A stretch of 64,000 nt of DNA from Pseudomonas phage HPP-Temi: sequence record PP968062.1, one strand, 5' to 3'. This document shows, piece after piece, positions 28,921 to 38,340 of the stretch (its first letter is position 1; every line of letters begins with the position of its first letter). Both the position numbers and the translations under genes were made by a program. A model generated the notes under the pieces. It was not told the origin of the DNA and made no database searches. It saw nothing but the letters and a program-made list of their open reading frames with translations.

Positions 28921-31035
28921 ATGTTAGACTCATTCCGCTCTCTGTTTGGTGGACTAACAGTTAAGGAAACTGAAACAGAGATCATCATCTCTGGAGTGAG
29001 AGGTTTTGATATTGTCCGTGATATCAGTAAGCACTGGAAGACATCCAAGATTACAACTAACCTTTTCAACTCGATCAACAGAAACTCTCTGAGCTTCTAT
29101 AAGTTCTTTGCTCCTGAAGTAATGTACATGTTGGAGAACATCGTCTACTATCGTTCTCGTTACACTTCGGTGAAAATGATTGCAGCGATCAAAGATGCTC
29201 TACTCCAAAACACTTGGTTAGCCTCTACTAAAGTAGTAGATAAGAACTCCGTACCAGGACGTTTGAACTTTGCTAATCTGACTCGACTCAAATTCGATCC
29301 GAAACCGTATCAATTAGAGTATTTCAAGAACTATACCTATCGACTAGATCAATACAATCTAAATGGCGATTTAATTGCCGCGGCGGCCGGTACGGGTAAG
29401 ACATATCTTACTTCAGCTATTGCTGAGATGCTTGATGCAGAACTCATTGTTGTAATGTGTCCTAAGAATGCTCTGGATCTTGTCTGGTTAGATTCTCTAA
29501 AAGAGATGTTTCATAAGCCGCAAACAGTTTGGCACACCTTCGAACCCAATATGTCTTATAAAGGGCAACGTTGGATTGTTTGCCATTATGATGCAATGGA
29601 TAAAGTTGTAGAGCTTCTGAGAAATCGTAATGTGGTTGGGACTAAACGTACTGTGACGATTCTTGATGAATCACACAACATGAACGACCCGAACTCAACA
29701 CGGACTAAACTTTATCAACTGATCGTTAAGATGGTTGGTTCTCGTAACAACTTGCTGGCTTCCGGTACTCCGGTTAAAGCTCTGGGCGTAGAACTGATCA
29801 ACCTGCTTCGTATTGTGGATCCTCTGTTCACTCCTCAAGTAGAAGAACGTTTCCGGAAGATGTATGGTAAAGAGGCTTCTAAAGGTCTCGACATTATCCG
29901 ACATCGTCTGGGTCTGGTTTCTTACAAAGTAGAGAAACAAGAACTCGATCTGCAACCTCCGATCATGCGTCCTTATCCCATCAAGATTCCGAATGGAGAT
30001 GACTTCACTCTTCCTACTATCCGCAAGGTGATGGAGGAATTCATTCGTGAACGCTGGGCTTATTATAAGAAGCGGAGACCTGAAGATGACAAGTTCTGGA
30101 ACGAACTCTGTAACCTCCACAGAAAGACCCTCCGAACCTCAGAGCAAGAACGTGCCTTCAAGTCCTACTTGGATTTGGTCAAGTATGTTCAACAGATCCC
30201 TGATCCGCGCTTTGCAGGAGAGGAAATCAAAGCAACGAACCAATACGAGAAATTAGTATTTGGTCCGTCGTTGCCGAAACATTTGATTCATCAATTCCGT
30301 GATGTCAAATCGATTATCAAGTATACCAACCTGAAGATCCAAGGTGAATGCCTAGGTCGTGTACTGGGTGGTAAACGAATCGAATGTCACGTTGCAATGG
30401 TTCCGTATGTCGACTGGGTAGGGATTACTGAATCCACTCACAAGAAGACAATCATGTTCACTAGCTTTGTAGAGGCGGTAGAGCTCGCTGACGCACATTG
30501 CGTTAAGTTGGGTATGAAGCCATTAGCTGTGTACGGAAAGACCACCAACGAGCTTGCAGGCATCGTTAAACGGTTTGATTCCAGTAAGGAACTGAATCCA
30601 CTCAACGCTACTTATGCTTCTCTGTCCACTGCTGTCCGTCTAACCATGGCTGACACACTAATCCTGCTGAATAGTCCATTCCGTGCTTACATTCTGGAGC
30701 AGGCTATTTCCCGTGCTTATCGCTTGGGTCAGGATTCTCAAGTTGTTGTTTACCAGTGCACACTCGATACTGGAGAGATCCCTAACATTTCTACTCGTTC
30801 GGCTGATATCCTTAAATGGAGTCAGGATCAGGTAGAGGCTATCATGGGTATCAAGTCTCCGTTTGAAATCGGTGAGGCAATGGAAGACTATGGTGATCAG
30901 ACAGAGTTTGACGAGAACAAAGTAATGCACCGCGTTCTTCAGAAAGCGTTTGAACAATTCGATATTGAGATTTCGTTGGCTGACTTCGAGATCCCACCTA
31001 AACCCAAATCTAATGTTCCCGCTTATCTGCGGTGA
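28921..31035 (+). CDS. SNF2-family helicase / DNA-dependent ATPase
   Basis: 704 aa. Walker A AAAGTGKTYL, motif II ILDESHN, and C-terminal helicase motif VI ILEQAISRAYRLGQDSQVVVYQ (QxxGRxxRxGQ). Confidence 0.75.
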   Translation: MLDSFRSLFGGLTVKETETEIIISGVRGFDIVRDISKHWKTSKITTNLFNSINRNSLSFYKFFAPEVMYMLENIVYYRSRYTSVKMIAAIKDALLQNTWLASTKVVDKNSVPGRLNFANLTRLKFDPKPYQLEYFKNYTYRLDQYNLNGDLIAAAAGTGKTYLTSAIAEMLDAELIVVMCPKNALDLVWLDSLKEMFHKPQTVWHTFEPNMSYKGQRWIVCHYDAMDKVVELLRNRNVVGTKRTVTILDESHNMNDPNSTRTKLYQLIVKMVGSRNNLLASGTPVKALGVELINLLRIVDPLFTPQVEERFRKMYGKEASKGLDIIRHRLGLVSYKVEKQELDLQPPIMRPYPIKIPNGDDFTLPTIRKVMEEFIRERWAYYKKRRPEDDKFWNELCNLHRKTLRTSEQERAFKSYLDLVKYVQQIPDPRFAGEEIKATNQYEKLVFGPSLPKHLIHQFRDVKSIIKYTNLKIQGECLGRVLGGKRIECHVAMVPYVDWVGITESTHKKTIMFTSFVEAVELADAHCVKLGMKPLAVYGKTTNELAGIVKRFDSSKELNPLNATYASLSTAVRLTMADTLILLNSPFRAYILEQAISRAYRLGQDSQVVVYQCTLDTGEIPNISTRSADILKWSQDQVEAIMGIKSPFEIGEAMEDYGDQTEFDENKVMHRVLQKAFEQFDIEISLADFEIPPKPKSNVPAYLR

Positions 31036-31047
31036 TTGGAGTTAACA

Positions 31048-31437
31048 ATGAGTGATACAAACAAGGGCATGATTGCCGCTATCAACAAATACCTGCAAAA
31101 GGTTGAAGACCTGATTAAAGGTGGCGGTTCTGGTGGCAGTGGTGGTGCAGCGGCCATCATCTACGAGAGTACGACGGTACAGGCAGGCGGAACTATGACG
31201 TATGATCTTGTTCCTTTGATCCCAGCTGGTTCAGAGGTACCCCGCGCAGCGTCTGTCGAAGTAAAGATTAGAGATACTGTAACCGGTTCTCTCACCAAAG
31301 ATTGCTACATCGACGCATCTGCTGTATTAACCTGGGGTATTAAAGATGATGGTACGTTAGTTATTGCTAACCCGTCGTCTGCCACTGTTGAATACATTGT
31401 CATTGTCAGAGCACCCCATAAGAAAATCGTACCTTAA
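31048..31437 (+). CDS. hypothetical protein with Gly-rich linker
   Basis: Start moved to MSDTNKGM after GGAG. Contains GGGSGGSGG. Confidence 0.45.
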   Translation: MSDTNKGMIAAINKYLQKVEDLIKGGGSGGSGGAAAIIYESTTVQAGGTMTYDLVPLIPAGSEVPRAASVEVKIRDTVTGSLTKDCYIDASAVLTWGIKDDGTLVIANPSSATVEYIVIVRAPHKKIVP

Positions 31438-31449
31438 TAGGAGCTTGAA

Positions 31450-34400
31450 ATGGCATATGCTAACCCTGACAAACAACCTGGGGCCTATCCTAGTACCCAG
31501 GTTGTAAAATGGACATTTGATTCTAATGTCGCTACTAATGGTGTCGCGTATTCTGTTAATGGTTTACCGCCAGTCGTTTCTGAGTATATCGCTTACGATT
31601 CTTTAAGCCCACCTACTCCATTCATTGCCGTTACCCAAGATGGTAACGGCAACGTTGTTTACGATGGTGGTTTTCCAAAATTCATGAATCCACAGGCAGC
31701 AAACATTTCCATGACTCAGGGAGTTCTAGATTTCTCAGCTAGACTACAACCTGATGCAAACGGTCTAAACCTTTTCTACTATGAAGTAATTAACAATAAG
31801 ACTTACATTGTTAAAAGTGGAGATGTTCTTGTCTATGATCACTATGTGTTCGATGACGCATATTTTGGTTTAGACTGTACCGTTTATGATGAAACTGGTA
31901 ATAATCCTGTTAGATTTAGGGACTACAGTCCCGTAATCAAAGACAATGGTAACCCCGCTACTGCAACACATCCAGTTATGTGTGGAGAAAGGTCAGAATG
32001 GAAAAACAAATGGGTAACACGTACAGTCCCATTGGAAGCCATTGTTGGTAAGCGGTTATCGACTTGGACTGTGGCATTTGAGAATGATGCCGACCCTACC
32101 CTTGCAAAAGAGTATCGTGGGCAACTGAGAAATGCACGGATCCTTAATGGAACAACTGTTGCTTTCGATGTCATGACAAACAGTCTTGTGGTTAACCCAA
32201 CAACACCGCAGGATTGGATAGGTAGTTGGACTGTTACCCGTAAACGTTATCTCGGTCCAGGTAAAAACCTAAACTCTAGTCAGACATATTTTAAGAACTG
32301 TCTTGACTTTATTGCTAACCCTGTAAAAGTTGCTAGTGGTAATAAAAACATTCTTGTCCTGGGTGATGCAACTACTGGTAGCTATGCACTGAAGACCGCG
32401 TTCAATGAATACATTACTAAGGTTGCAGGCGCTGGTGGCTTTACATGTACTCTGAAAGATCAAACCGATTATGGTGGAACCCATTTAAATCCAACCTTAA
32501 CGGAATTAAATAATTACGCAGGGATGGTATTTGTTGGTTCTTTAAGTGATCCGAATCAATCGGTTAACGGTAAGTTCACGCAAACTGCGATTCAGGATAT
32601 TCTTACATATCGGAAAGCTGGCAATGGTATTTTCATATTCACCGACCATGGTCCAGCTGTTAACAGTATTGAAGAAGCATATCCGGTTCCAACTGCAACT
32701 AACTGCTTCTTTGTTACTGCTAACCAGCTTTCTGTAAACTTCAACGCATATTTCAGTGGTTCTGTCAACAGATCAAATGTGAATGTTGGATTTATACGAT
32801 CGACTCATGGGGATCATGTTCTTTATAATGATCTAACCGATGGCGATTTTATCGTAGCTGGTGATAGTGAATCGAGTGTAGTCGTTAAAGAAGTTGTTTT
32901 CCAAAAGAAGGATCCAGTAACACTGACCCTCAACCCTGGAAAACATACTGTTAACTTCTTACTGAAGCTTACTAATGGCAATGTCGTTCCAATGACGTTT
33001 GTCTACTTGATCGGTGCCGGTAAGTACGTTATATTCCGGGATAACAAGGGAGTTGAAATTACACAACTACTCAATGACATTTCTGATATCGCTGATATCG
33101 TAGTTGAATTGGATGGAACAAGTGTTGGCTCCATGATGGCGGATATCTTCCGTGTAGACATAACTAAAGTAGATCCATTTAGAGATATTAAAGTAGGTAC
33201 TGTTATTTACGATCCGGCAACTGGAAGTCATCAAACAATCTATCCCGTTGATGGTATCTACGTTAACAACGCAGATCTCATTAAGGTACGTATCACTCAA
33301 CCGTTCACTTATGAAGCAACTCTTCCTGTGACTCGGTATCAACCTCCGATCGCTGGTAAATATAGTCGTGCCGAGAATACCCTTCCGTTAATGCCGCGAT
33401 ATAAGACGGGTGGTACCACTACAGAGCCAATCTACTCGGTTTCTCATATCCAAGTTCCACGGAAAATCATTGAAGAGATCCAAGTTGTTCGGCCTGTGTA
33501 CAACCTTACTTCAATCACACAGAGTGTAGCTGATCACTTCAAAAATATCATTGGTTACTTTGCTGGTGAGCTTCCTCGGAACGAAGGGCAAGCATTTGCC
33601 TATAAAACTGCTGCTGACACAAGTGCAGCGCTAGCTCGACTGTCTCCACCGACACCTAAGCAAATCTTCGATACATGGGATCGTTTCTATGCTGATGAAT
33701 ATTTCACTAAAGGTCAAGGTATCCCACCGTTCCTTCCCGATGGGACTACCCCTCATCCAGCGGGTCGTTGGTATTGGGACGATACGATCAAAGCTGCTGT
33801 AATGCCTGACAATACAAACTCCATTACTGGTTTCCTTTCAGATGAAGAACCAGAGCAATATACACTTGAAGTTACATGTCAATCTAACAATGGTGACGAC
33901 GACTTCTTGGGTGTGGTTCTGGCGTTTGTTAAAGAGGGCGATCAAAGCCATCATTTGACACTCGCATTGTCTCGTAGTAGCTCGAACGGAACTGGTCGAG
34001 GTAATGAAGCACAGAACATCATCTACGATTTGAGTATGGGTGCCAGGCAGAAGATCATTTCTGTTAACACTGGCGATTATTCTAATCAAGGTTGGAACGG
34101 TGCCTTCAAACGAGTTAAGATTATTAGGACTGGTGATATATTTAACATCAGTATCTCCAAATGGGGAATGACCGAATATGATCCAACTCTGTCCATGACA
34201 GTCGACCTGAACAGTGATCCACTATTGGCTAAGTTTAAAGGTCCTAAGAAATACGGTTACATGGCCTTCTCGCAACCGCAATCGTATTTCAAAGACATCG
34301 TTTATACTGGACTTCCACGTAACATTGTTTGCGATATGGGTTCCAATAAAGTGTATTCTTGGAATGGTACCGGTTGGGTACTAATGCAGAATACAACACC

Positions 34401-34500
34401 TAAAACGATTTACGGTGCCCCACGGGTAATCAGAAGTTTTGAGGACCCAACACAAGCTTGGAGAATTCCAGTTAATGGAATTCCAGTACCTGTGCCATAA
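31450..34500 (+). CDS. large hypothetical protein (1016 aa; possibly structural/tail-associated)
   Basis: Long uninterrupted ORF with a good start context. No recognisable catalytic motif. Confidence 0.5.
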   Translation: MAYANPDKQPGAYPSTQVVKWTFDSNVATNGVAYSVNGLPPVVSEYIAYDSLSPPTPFIAVTQDGNGNVVYDGGFPKFMNPQAANISMTQGVLDFSARLQPDANGLNLFYYEVINNKTYIVKSGDVLVYDHYVFDDAYFGLDCTVYDETGNNPVRFRDYSPVIKDNGNPATATHPVMCGERSEWKNKWVTRTVPLEAIVGKRLSTWTVAFENDADPTLAKEYRGQLRNARILNGTTVAFDVMTNSLVVNPTTPQDWIGSWTVTRKRYLGPGKNLNSSQTYFKNCLDFIANPVKVASGNKNILVLGDATTGSYALKTAFNEYITKVAGAGGFTCTLKDQTDYGGTHLNPTLTELNNYAGMVFVGSLSDPNQSVNGKFTQTAIQDILTYRKAGNGIFIFTDHGPAVNSIEEAYPVPTATNCFFVTANQLSVNFNAYFSGSVNRSNVNVGFIRSTHGDHVLYNDLTDGDFIVAGDSESSVVVKEVVFQKKDPVTLTLNPGKHTVNFLLKLTNGNVVPMTFVYLIGAGKYVIFRDNKGVEITQLLNDISDIADIVVELDGTSVGSMMADIFRVDITKVDPFRDIKVGTVIYDPATGSHQTIYPVDGIYVNNADLIKVRITQPFTYEATLPVTRYQPPIAGKYSRAENTLPLMPRYKTGGTTTEPIYSVSHIQVPRKIIEEIQVVRPVYNLTSITQSVADHFKNIIGYFAGELPRNEGQAFAYKTAADTSAALARLSPPTPKQIFDTWDRFYADEYFTKGQGIPPFLPDGTTPHPAGRWYWDDTIKAAVMPDNTNSITGFLSDEEPEQYTLEVTCQSNNGDDDFLGVVLAFVKEGDQSHHLTLALSRSSSNGTGRGNEAQNIIYDLSMGARQKIISVNTGDYSNQGWNGAFKRVKIIRTGDIFNISISKWGMTEYDPTLSMTVDLNSDPLLAKFKGPKKYGYMAFSQPQSYFKDIVYTGLPRNIVCDMGSNKVYSWNGTGWVLMQNTTPKTIYGAPRVIRSFEDPTQAWRIPVNGIPVPVP

Positions 34501-34510
34501 CGGCATAAAT

Positions 34511-34528
34511 GCCTCCCTTCGGGGAGGC
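34511..34528. terminator. hairpin gcctccc-ttcg-gggaggc (convergent-gene terminator)
   Basis: Lies between the plus block end (34500) and a minus gene stop (34538). cataaa/tttatg arms. Confidence 0.65.
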
Positions 34529-34537
34529 TTTATGTTG

Positions 34538-35233
34538 TCAACCCTTACTAACACCCCAGATGCGTTTACGCTGATCCAGAAGCAGGAATGCATTCTGTGT
34601 AAGGACCAGATGGAAACGACGCTTACGGAGAGAAGTAGCGATGGTTTCTACCACACCTTCAAAGTCAAGGTTGGTGTCAATAGCAGCTTGTTCGGTTTTA
34701 GCTTTACGGCGGTCAGATTCACGATAACGACACTTCCAAGAAGTAGTCGCAATCTCTGTACCACGTTTCACTTTAACCTGAGAACGATAGAACACTTCCA
34801 GTAGTTTAACCGCGAGTTGTTCAACGTCTTCAAGACGATCATCTGCATTGGATAGAGTCACACAAGAACTAGCCATGTGTTCATGTGTGTCTACGCTGTC
34901 GTTCAGGGCACGCATTGTAGGATCGAAGTCCAGTCGCTTAATGACGATGTTAATAGTGTCACCATCGCGACGGATCTCAATACAGCGAATGAAATCGAAC
35001 ATGTCGAATTCTTTTTCCAGGTTACGCATCAGTACAGCTAGTTGTTCAAGCGATTCTACGTCATCTGTCCCAGAGTGCTTAGTGAAAGCAAAAGTTAGAT
35101 CCGATAGAATTGTCTGTGGATAACTTGTGGAGATCAGAAGACGTAACAGAGATTCGCCTCGGCATTTACGACCGGGTTTACCCGTCATCTGTTCAAGTAC
35201 GGTTGTCATTTCTATTTGTCCAAATGGTTTCAT
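34538..35233 (-). CDS. hypothetical protein
   Basis: 231-aa ORF, convergent with the plus block across the hairpin at 34511-34528. Confidence 0.4.
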   Translation of the reverse strand: MKPFGQIEMTTVLEQMTGKPGRKCRGESLLRLLISTSYPQTILSDLTFAFTKHSGTDDVESLEQLAVLMRNLEKEFDMFDFIRCIEIRRDGDTINIVIKRLDFDPTMRALNDSVDTHEHMASSCVTLSNADDRLEDVEQLAVKLLEVFYRSQVKVKRGTEIATTSWKCRYRESDRRKAKTEQAAIDTNLDFEGVVETIATSLRKRRFHLVLTQNAFLLLDQRKRIWGVSKG

Positions 35234-35661
35234 GTATAGCCATTCTTCTTAAGCCAGTCCTCACGGGTCGCTCTGGCATCGAATAGCGCATTGTGCAAAA
35301 GTTTAGACCCTTTGCCACTGAGATTGTCATCAATATCGAAGGTCAGTGGTTGAATCATAATCCATTTACCTTTCTCCCCAAGCAGGGCTTTATTAAAGTA
35401 AATGACATCGTTAGGATGGTTTACGATTATGTTCATGCCAGCGAACTGAGATACGAATTTCTCAAGGCGAGTCTGGAATTCTTCAAAGCTGATTGGATCC
35501 TTTTGAAGAATAGGAATGACGTTTGCCTTTACCCAGTCGTCTTGAATATGCTTATGTTCGAGTACCTCATAGAACTCACGGTTGCCATCCTCAGATACAA
35601 TGGCAAGTGAGATCAAACTGTCTGTAGGTACGTCAAATTCTGCATCACAGAAGAAGTTCAT
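35230..35661 (-). CDS. DEDDh-type 3'-5' exonuclease (small)
   Basis: 143 aa. Exo I-like DAEFD near the N-terminus and Exo III-like HNALFDA near the C-terminus. Confidence 0.5.
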   Translation of the reverse strand: MNFFCDAEFDVPTDSLISLAIVSEDGNREFYEVLEHKHIQDDWVKANVIPILQKDPISFEEFQTRLEKFVSQFAGMNIIVNHPNDVIYFNKALLGEKGKWIMIQPLTFDIDDNLSGKGSKLLHNALFDARATREDWLKKNGYT

Positions 35662-35719
35662 AGGGAGTGAGCCTTTACGATAAGGAAGTCATAAGAATAA
35701 GGGATTTCACGAAATAAAA

Positions 35720-35735
35720 GGAGCCCGAAGGCTCC
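35720..35735. terminator. hairpin ggagcc-cgaa-ggctcc
   Basis: Intergenic. Confidence 0.5.
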
Positions 35736-35737
35736 AG

Positions 35738-36226
35738 TTATTTTGATAAACCACGGATATTGCGAAGGATCTGACAACTAGCAATAATCTTACCACGAGA
35801 TACCTTAGAATGATATCCCTGAGATTCCAGATACTTCTTCGGATTCTCTTCTGCAAGGGCTTGCTCTAGAATGAATGTATCAATACCGTAATTAGCTAAT
35901 ACGAACTGTGCCACCTCATGATCCCACCGCTTAGCTACAGTGGAACTAGCCTTTAGATAAACCTGAGCCAGTTGCTCAGAATAACCTAAAGCTACTAACC
36001 ACGCAATTCGACCAGCAGCATAAATAAGTCTAGTGCGTGTATTCGATGGAACTGCTACGATATACCCTGTACCAGGGGATCTTTGTTCTTCTATTGTCCT
36101 GATGTTCCAGTCATCGATCATACGAGGAATCTGCGAGAGATCATCCCCTTTACCGAAGTAACCAATAGAGAATCCCTTGGCAACTTGAACGTCAATTTCA
36201 GCAGCAGTATTTTGACTAATAACCAT
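35738..36226 (-). CDS. hypothetical protein
   Basis: 162-aa ORF. Confidence 0.4.
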   Translation of the reverse strand: MVISQNTAAEIDVQVAKGFSIGYFGKGDDLSQIPRMIDDWNIRTIEEQRSPGTGYIVAVPSNTRTRLIYAAGRIAWLVALGYSEQLAQVYLKASSTVAKRWDHEVAQFVLANYGIDTFILEQALAEENPKKYLESQGYHSKVSRGKIIASCQILRNIRGLSK

Positions 36227-36306
36227 CTTCCCCTCCTATAGGGGCTACGGTCTCTTCCACAACTCGAAAGCATATATCCTTATACTTTCATGAGATAAGG
36301 CATAAA

Positions 36307-36324
36307 GCCCGCCCTAAGGCGAGC
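36307..36324. terminator. hairpin gcccgcc-ctaa-ggcgagc (1 mismatch)
   Basis: cataaag arm. Confidence 0.45.
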
Positions 36325-36331
36325 TCTGTGC

Positions 36332-36694
36332 TTATTCAACGATCTGTTGCAGGAAGTCAAATTGGTAAGCCAAGAGGATTACCCAAAGTACCTTACACCC
36401 GATATGAATCCATTGGTCAGTATGGAATCCAATCTTACCCGCGCATTTCAGATAATCTGTAATACTGTGGGCAATTGTTTCAGCCGCACCTAGAACAAAA
36501 CTACCCGTGACTACGTATACCCAGCCACCATGGATTAAACCATGTGCAGGCAGAACGTAGGGCCAGTAGGTCTTACCTAGTTCAGTAGTGTGGTTCTTTG
36601 CAGCAGCCATGAAATCATTCTGTAATGCGTAATCGCAAACAGCATGACCGACGAGCAAAATGAAGAGCAGTTCTATAAGGGAGAGTATTTCCAT
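36332..36694 (-). CDS. hypothetical membrane protein
   Basis: 120 aa with several hydrophobic helices. Confidence 0.4.
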   Translation of the reverse strand: MEILSLIELLFILLVGHAVCDYALQNDFMAAAKNHTTELGKTYWPYVLPAHGLIHGGWVYVVTGSFVLGAAETIAHSITDYLKCAGKIGFHTDQWIHIGCKVLWVILLAYQFDFLQQIVE

Positions 36695-36760
36695 GGCGTT
36701 GTTCCGGGCGGTGGGTATGGGGCTTGTAGACTTCGCTACATATTGTTACAACTTAAGTAT

Positions 36761-37243
36761 TTAACTACGACGAACGTTGAAACCAGAGATATTTTGGCGA
36801 CGACCTTGACGACGTTTTTCAAAAGTTCGCATGGTTTGAATACCAGAGATAGTGGGTTCTGGTGATAACAGATCATGTACCAAACGACCTAGTAATTCTT
36901 TCTGCTCAGGAATGAATTCGAAGTGTTCATCTGGCGGTAACCCTTGCCGGGAACCTTCTAGCCAAGCACGATCGATTGGATGGGTAATGCCATTCAAACT
37001 ACCAAACTCTAGGAAAGGAATATCGGATGCATTAGCATTAAACTCAGCCGCCAACTGACATGCTTTGCTATGTGCGACGTATAACTTTACATCAGCTTCC
37101 CATTCCGTCATTTCACTCATGTGCCGAACTACAACTTCAACACCGAGATCCTTCAGGAAAGAAGTAACCTCAGCGTAATACTTTTCAGATAGCTCGACTT
37201 TACCAAACTTAGGGCTACCTTTGATGATGACTACTTTAACCAT
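36761..37243 (-). CDS. hypothetical protein (Arg-rich C-terminus)
   Basis: 160-aa ORF. Confidence 0.4.
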   Translation of the reverse strand: MVKVVIIKGSPKFGKVELSEKYYAEVTSFLKDLGVEVVVRHMSEMTEWEADVKLYVAHSKACQLAAEFNANASDIPFLEFGSLNGITHPIDRAWLEGSRQGLPPDEHFEFIPEQKELLGRLVHDLLSPEPTISGIQTMRTFEKRRQGRRQNISGFNVRRS

Positions 37244-37303
37244 GATAGTGTCTCGAATGCTGGATTATAGGATTGAGAGCAAAAAAAAAAGAAAGAAGAG
37301 CAC

Positions 37304-37323
37304 GGAGTCCCCAAAGGGACTCC
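37304..37323. terminator. hairpin ggagtccc-caaa-gggactcc after A10 tract
   Basis: aaaaaaaaaa at 37281-37290 then a perfect 8-bp stem. Confidence 0.6.
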
Positions 37324-37332
37324 ATTATGTCG

Positions 37333-38052
37333 TCATTTGATCCCATCGTAAATATCACGACGAGCTGGATTAATACCGGCAACTTGAGACTTCCGGTTAT
37401 CGATGTAACACAGGTAGTCATCACAGGTGGCAGTCTTGACGAAAGGAATCAGCTGAGCGAGTTCCAGCAGGGTCCATTCTTTACCGAGATAACTGCAACG
37501 CTCCATCTCTACGTTGCAATACACATTGTAAAGGGTCTCAGTAAAACGCAGATCAAGAGTTTCACCATCCGCCTTCTTATCGTTGTATTGGGAAGGCATC
37601 AGATCACGGATAGGGAACTCATGTTTCAGAGAACCATTACCATACTTAATAGCAGTGAACGTATTCTCAATCATGGTTAGGTAATAACCACGAGGTAGAC
37701 CCCAGTAGGTAGTACCCACATGACCACGTACAATCCCAACGAGTTGACCATAGGTATCATGACAGTATTCGTTAATGCAGATGGCTTCTACATTACCGTT
37801 AGTTGGGTAGCTATAAACCTCGGTCGGTTTAGAGCGCTTGGCGACCACTACAGTGATTTCTTCAGGCCAAGTCTTCCAGCCGCACACTCCATGGCGAGAA
37901 TCGTTGTCAAAGAAGCACGGTGCAACTTGTGGGGTAAAAGTGGAATAGAACAACGGAGTCTGTGCATAGATCAGTGGTTCTTTTATATCTTGAGCCAGTG
38001 CAGGGAAAGCAATAGCCAGTAGAGCGAGTACAGCAACCTTGATAAAGCGCAT
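37333..38052 (-). CDS. secreted Cys-rich protein (signal peptide)
   Basis: Start at MRFIKVAVLALLAIAFPALAQ (cleavable signal peptide). The mature part has about 10 Cys. Confidence 0.45.
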   Translation of the reverse strand: MRFIKVAVLALLAIAFPALAQDIKEPLIYAQTPLFYSTFTPQVAPCFFDNDSRHGVCGWKTWPEEITVVVAKRSKPTEVYSYPTNGNVEAICINEYCHDTYGQLVGIVRGHVGTTYWGLPRGYYLTMIENTFTAIKYGNGSLKHEFPIRDLMPSQYNDKKADGETLDLRFTETLYNVYCNVEMERCSYLGKEWTLLELAQLIPFVKTATCDDYLCYIDNRKSQVAGINPARRDIYDGIK

Positions 38053-38079
38053 TTGAAATATCCTCTTAGATGACATAAA

Positions 38080-38097
38080 GGGTTCCCGAAGGAACCC
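38080..38097. terminator. hairpin gggttcc-cgaa-ggaaccc
   Basis: cataaag arm. Confidence 0.55.
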
Positions 38098-38111
38098 CTT
38101 ACGTTTACGAC

Positions 38112-38333
38112 TTAAGGAGCGAGTTGATAGTACTTACCAAACTCAGCACGAGGTAGGGAGAAACCATCTTGACGGTCACCCATGCGTTTCAGATAGACTT
38201 TGTTGGTCTTGACCTTATCCAACGTAACAGCGGTAGTGATACCGTTGCGTTTCACAATAAACGTACGACCGATGTAGTCAGCCAGAGTATCGTCGATTTC
38301 CGATGCTTGGATGTAGCGTTTCTCAGACATCAT
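38112..38333 (-). CDS. hypothetical small protein
   Basis: 73-aa ORF. Confidence 0.3.
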   Translation of the reverse strand: MMSEKRYIQASEIDDTLADYIGRTFIVKRNGITTAVTLDKVKTNKVYLKRMGDRQDGFSLPRAEFGKYYQLAP

Positions 38334-38340
38334 GTTTCCT

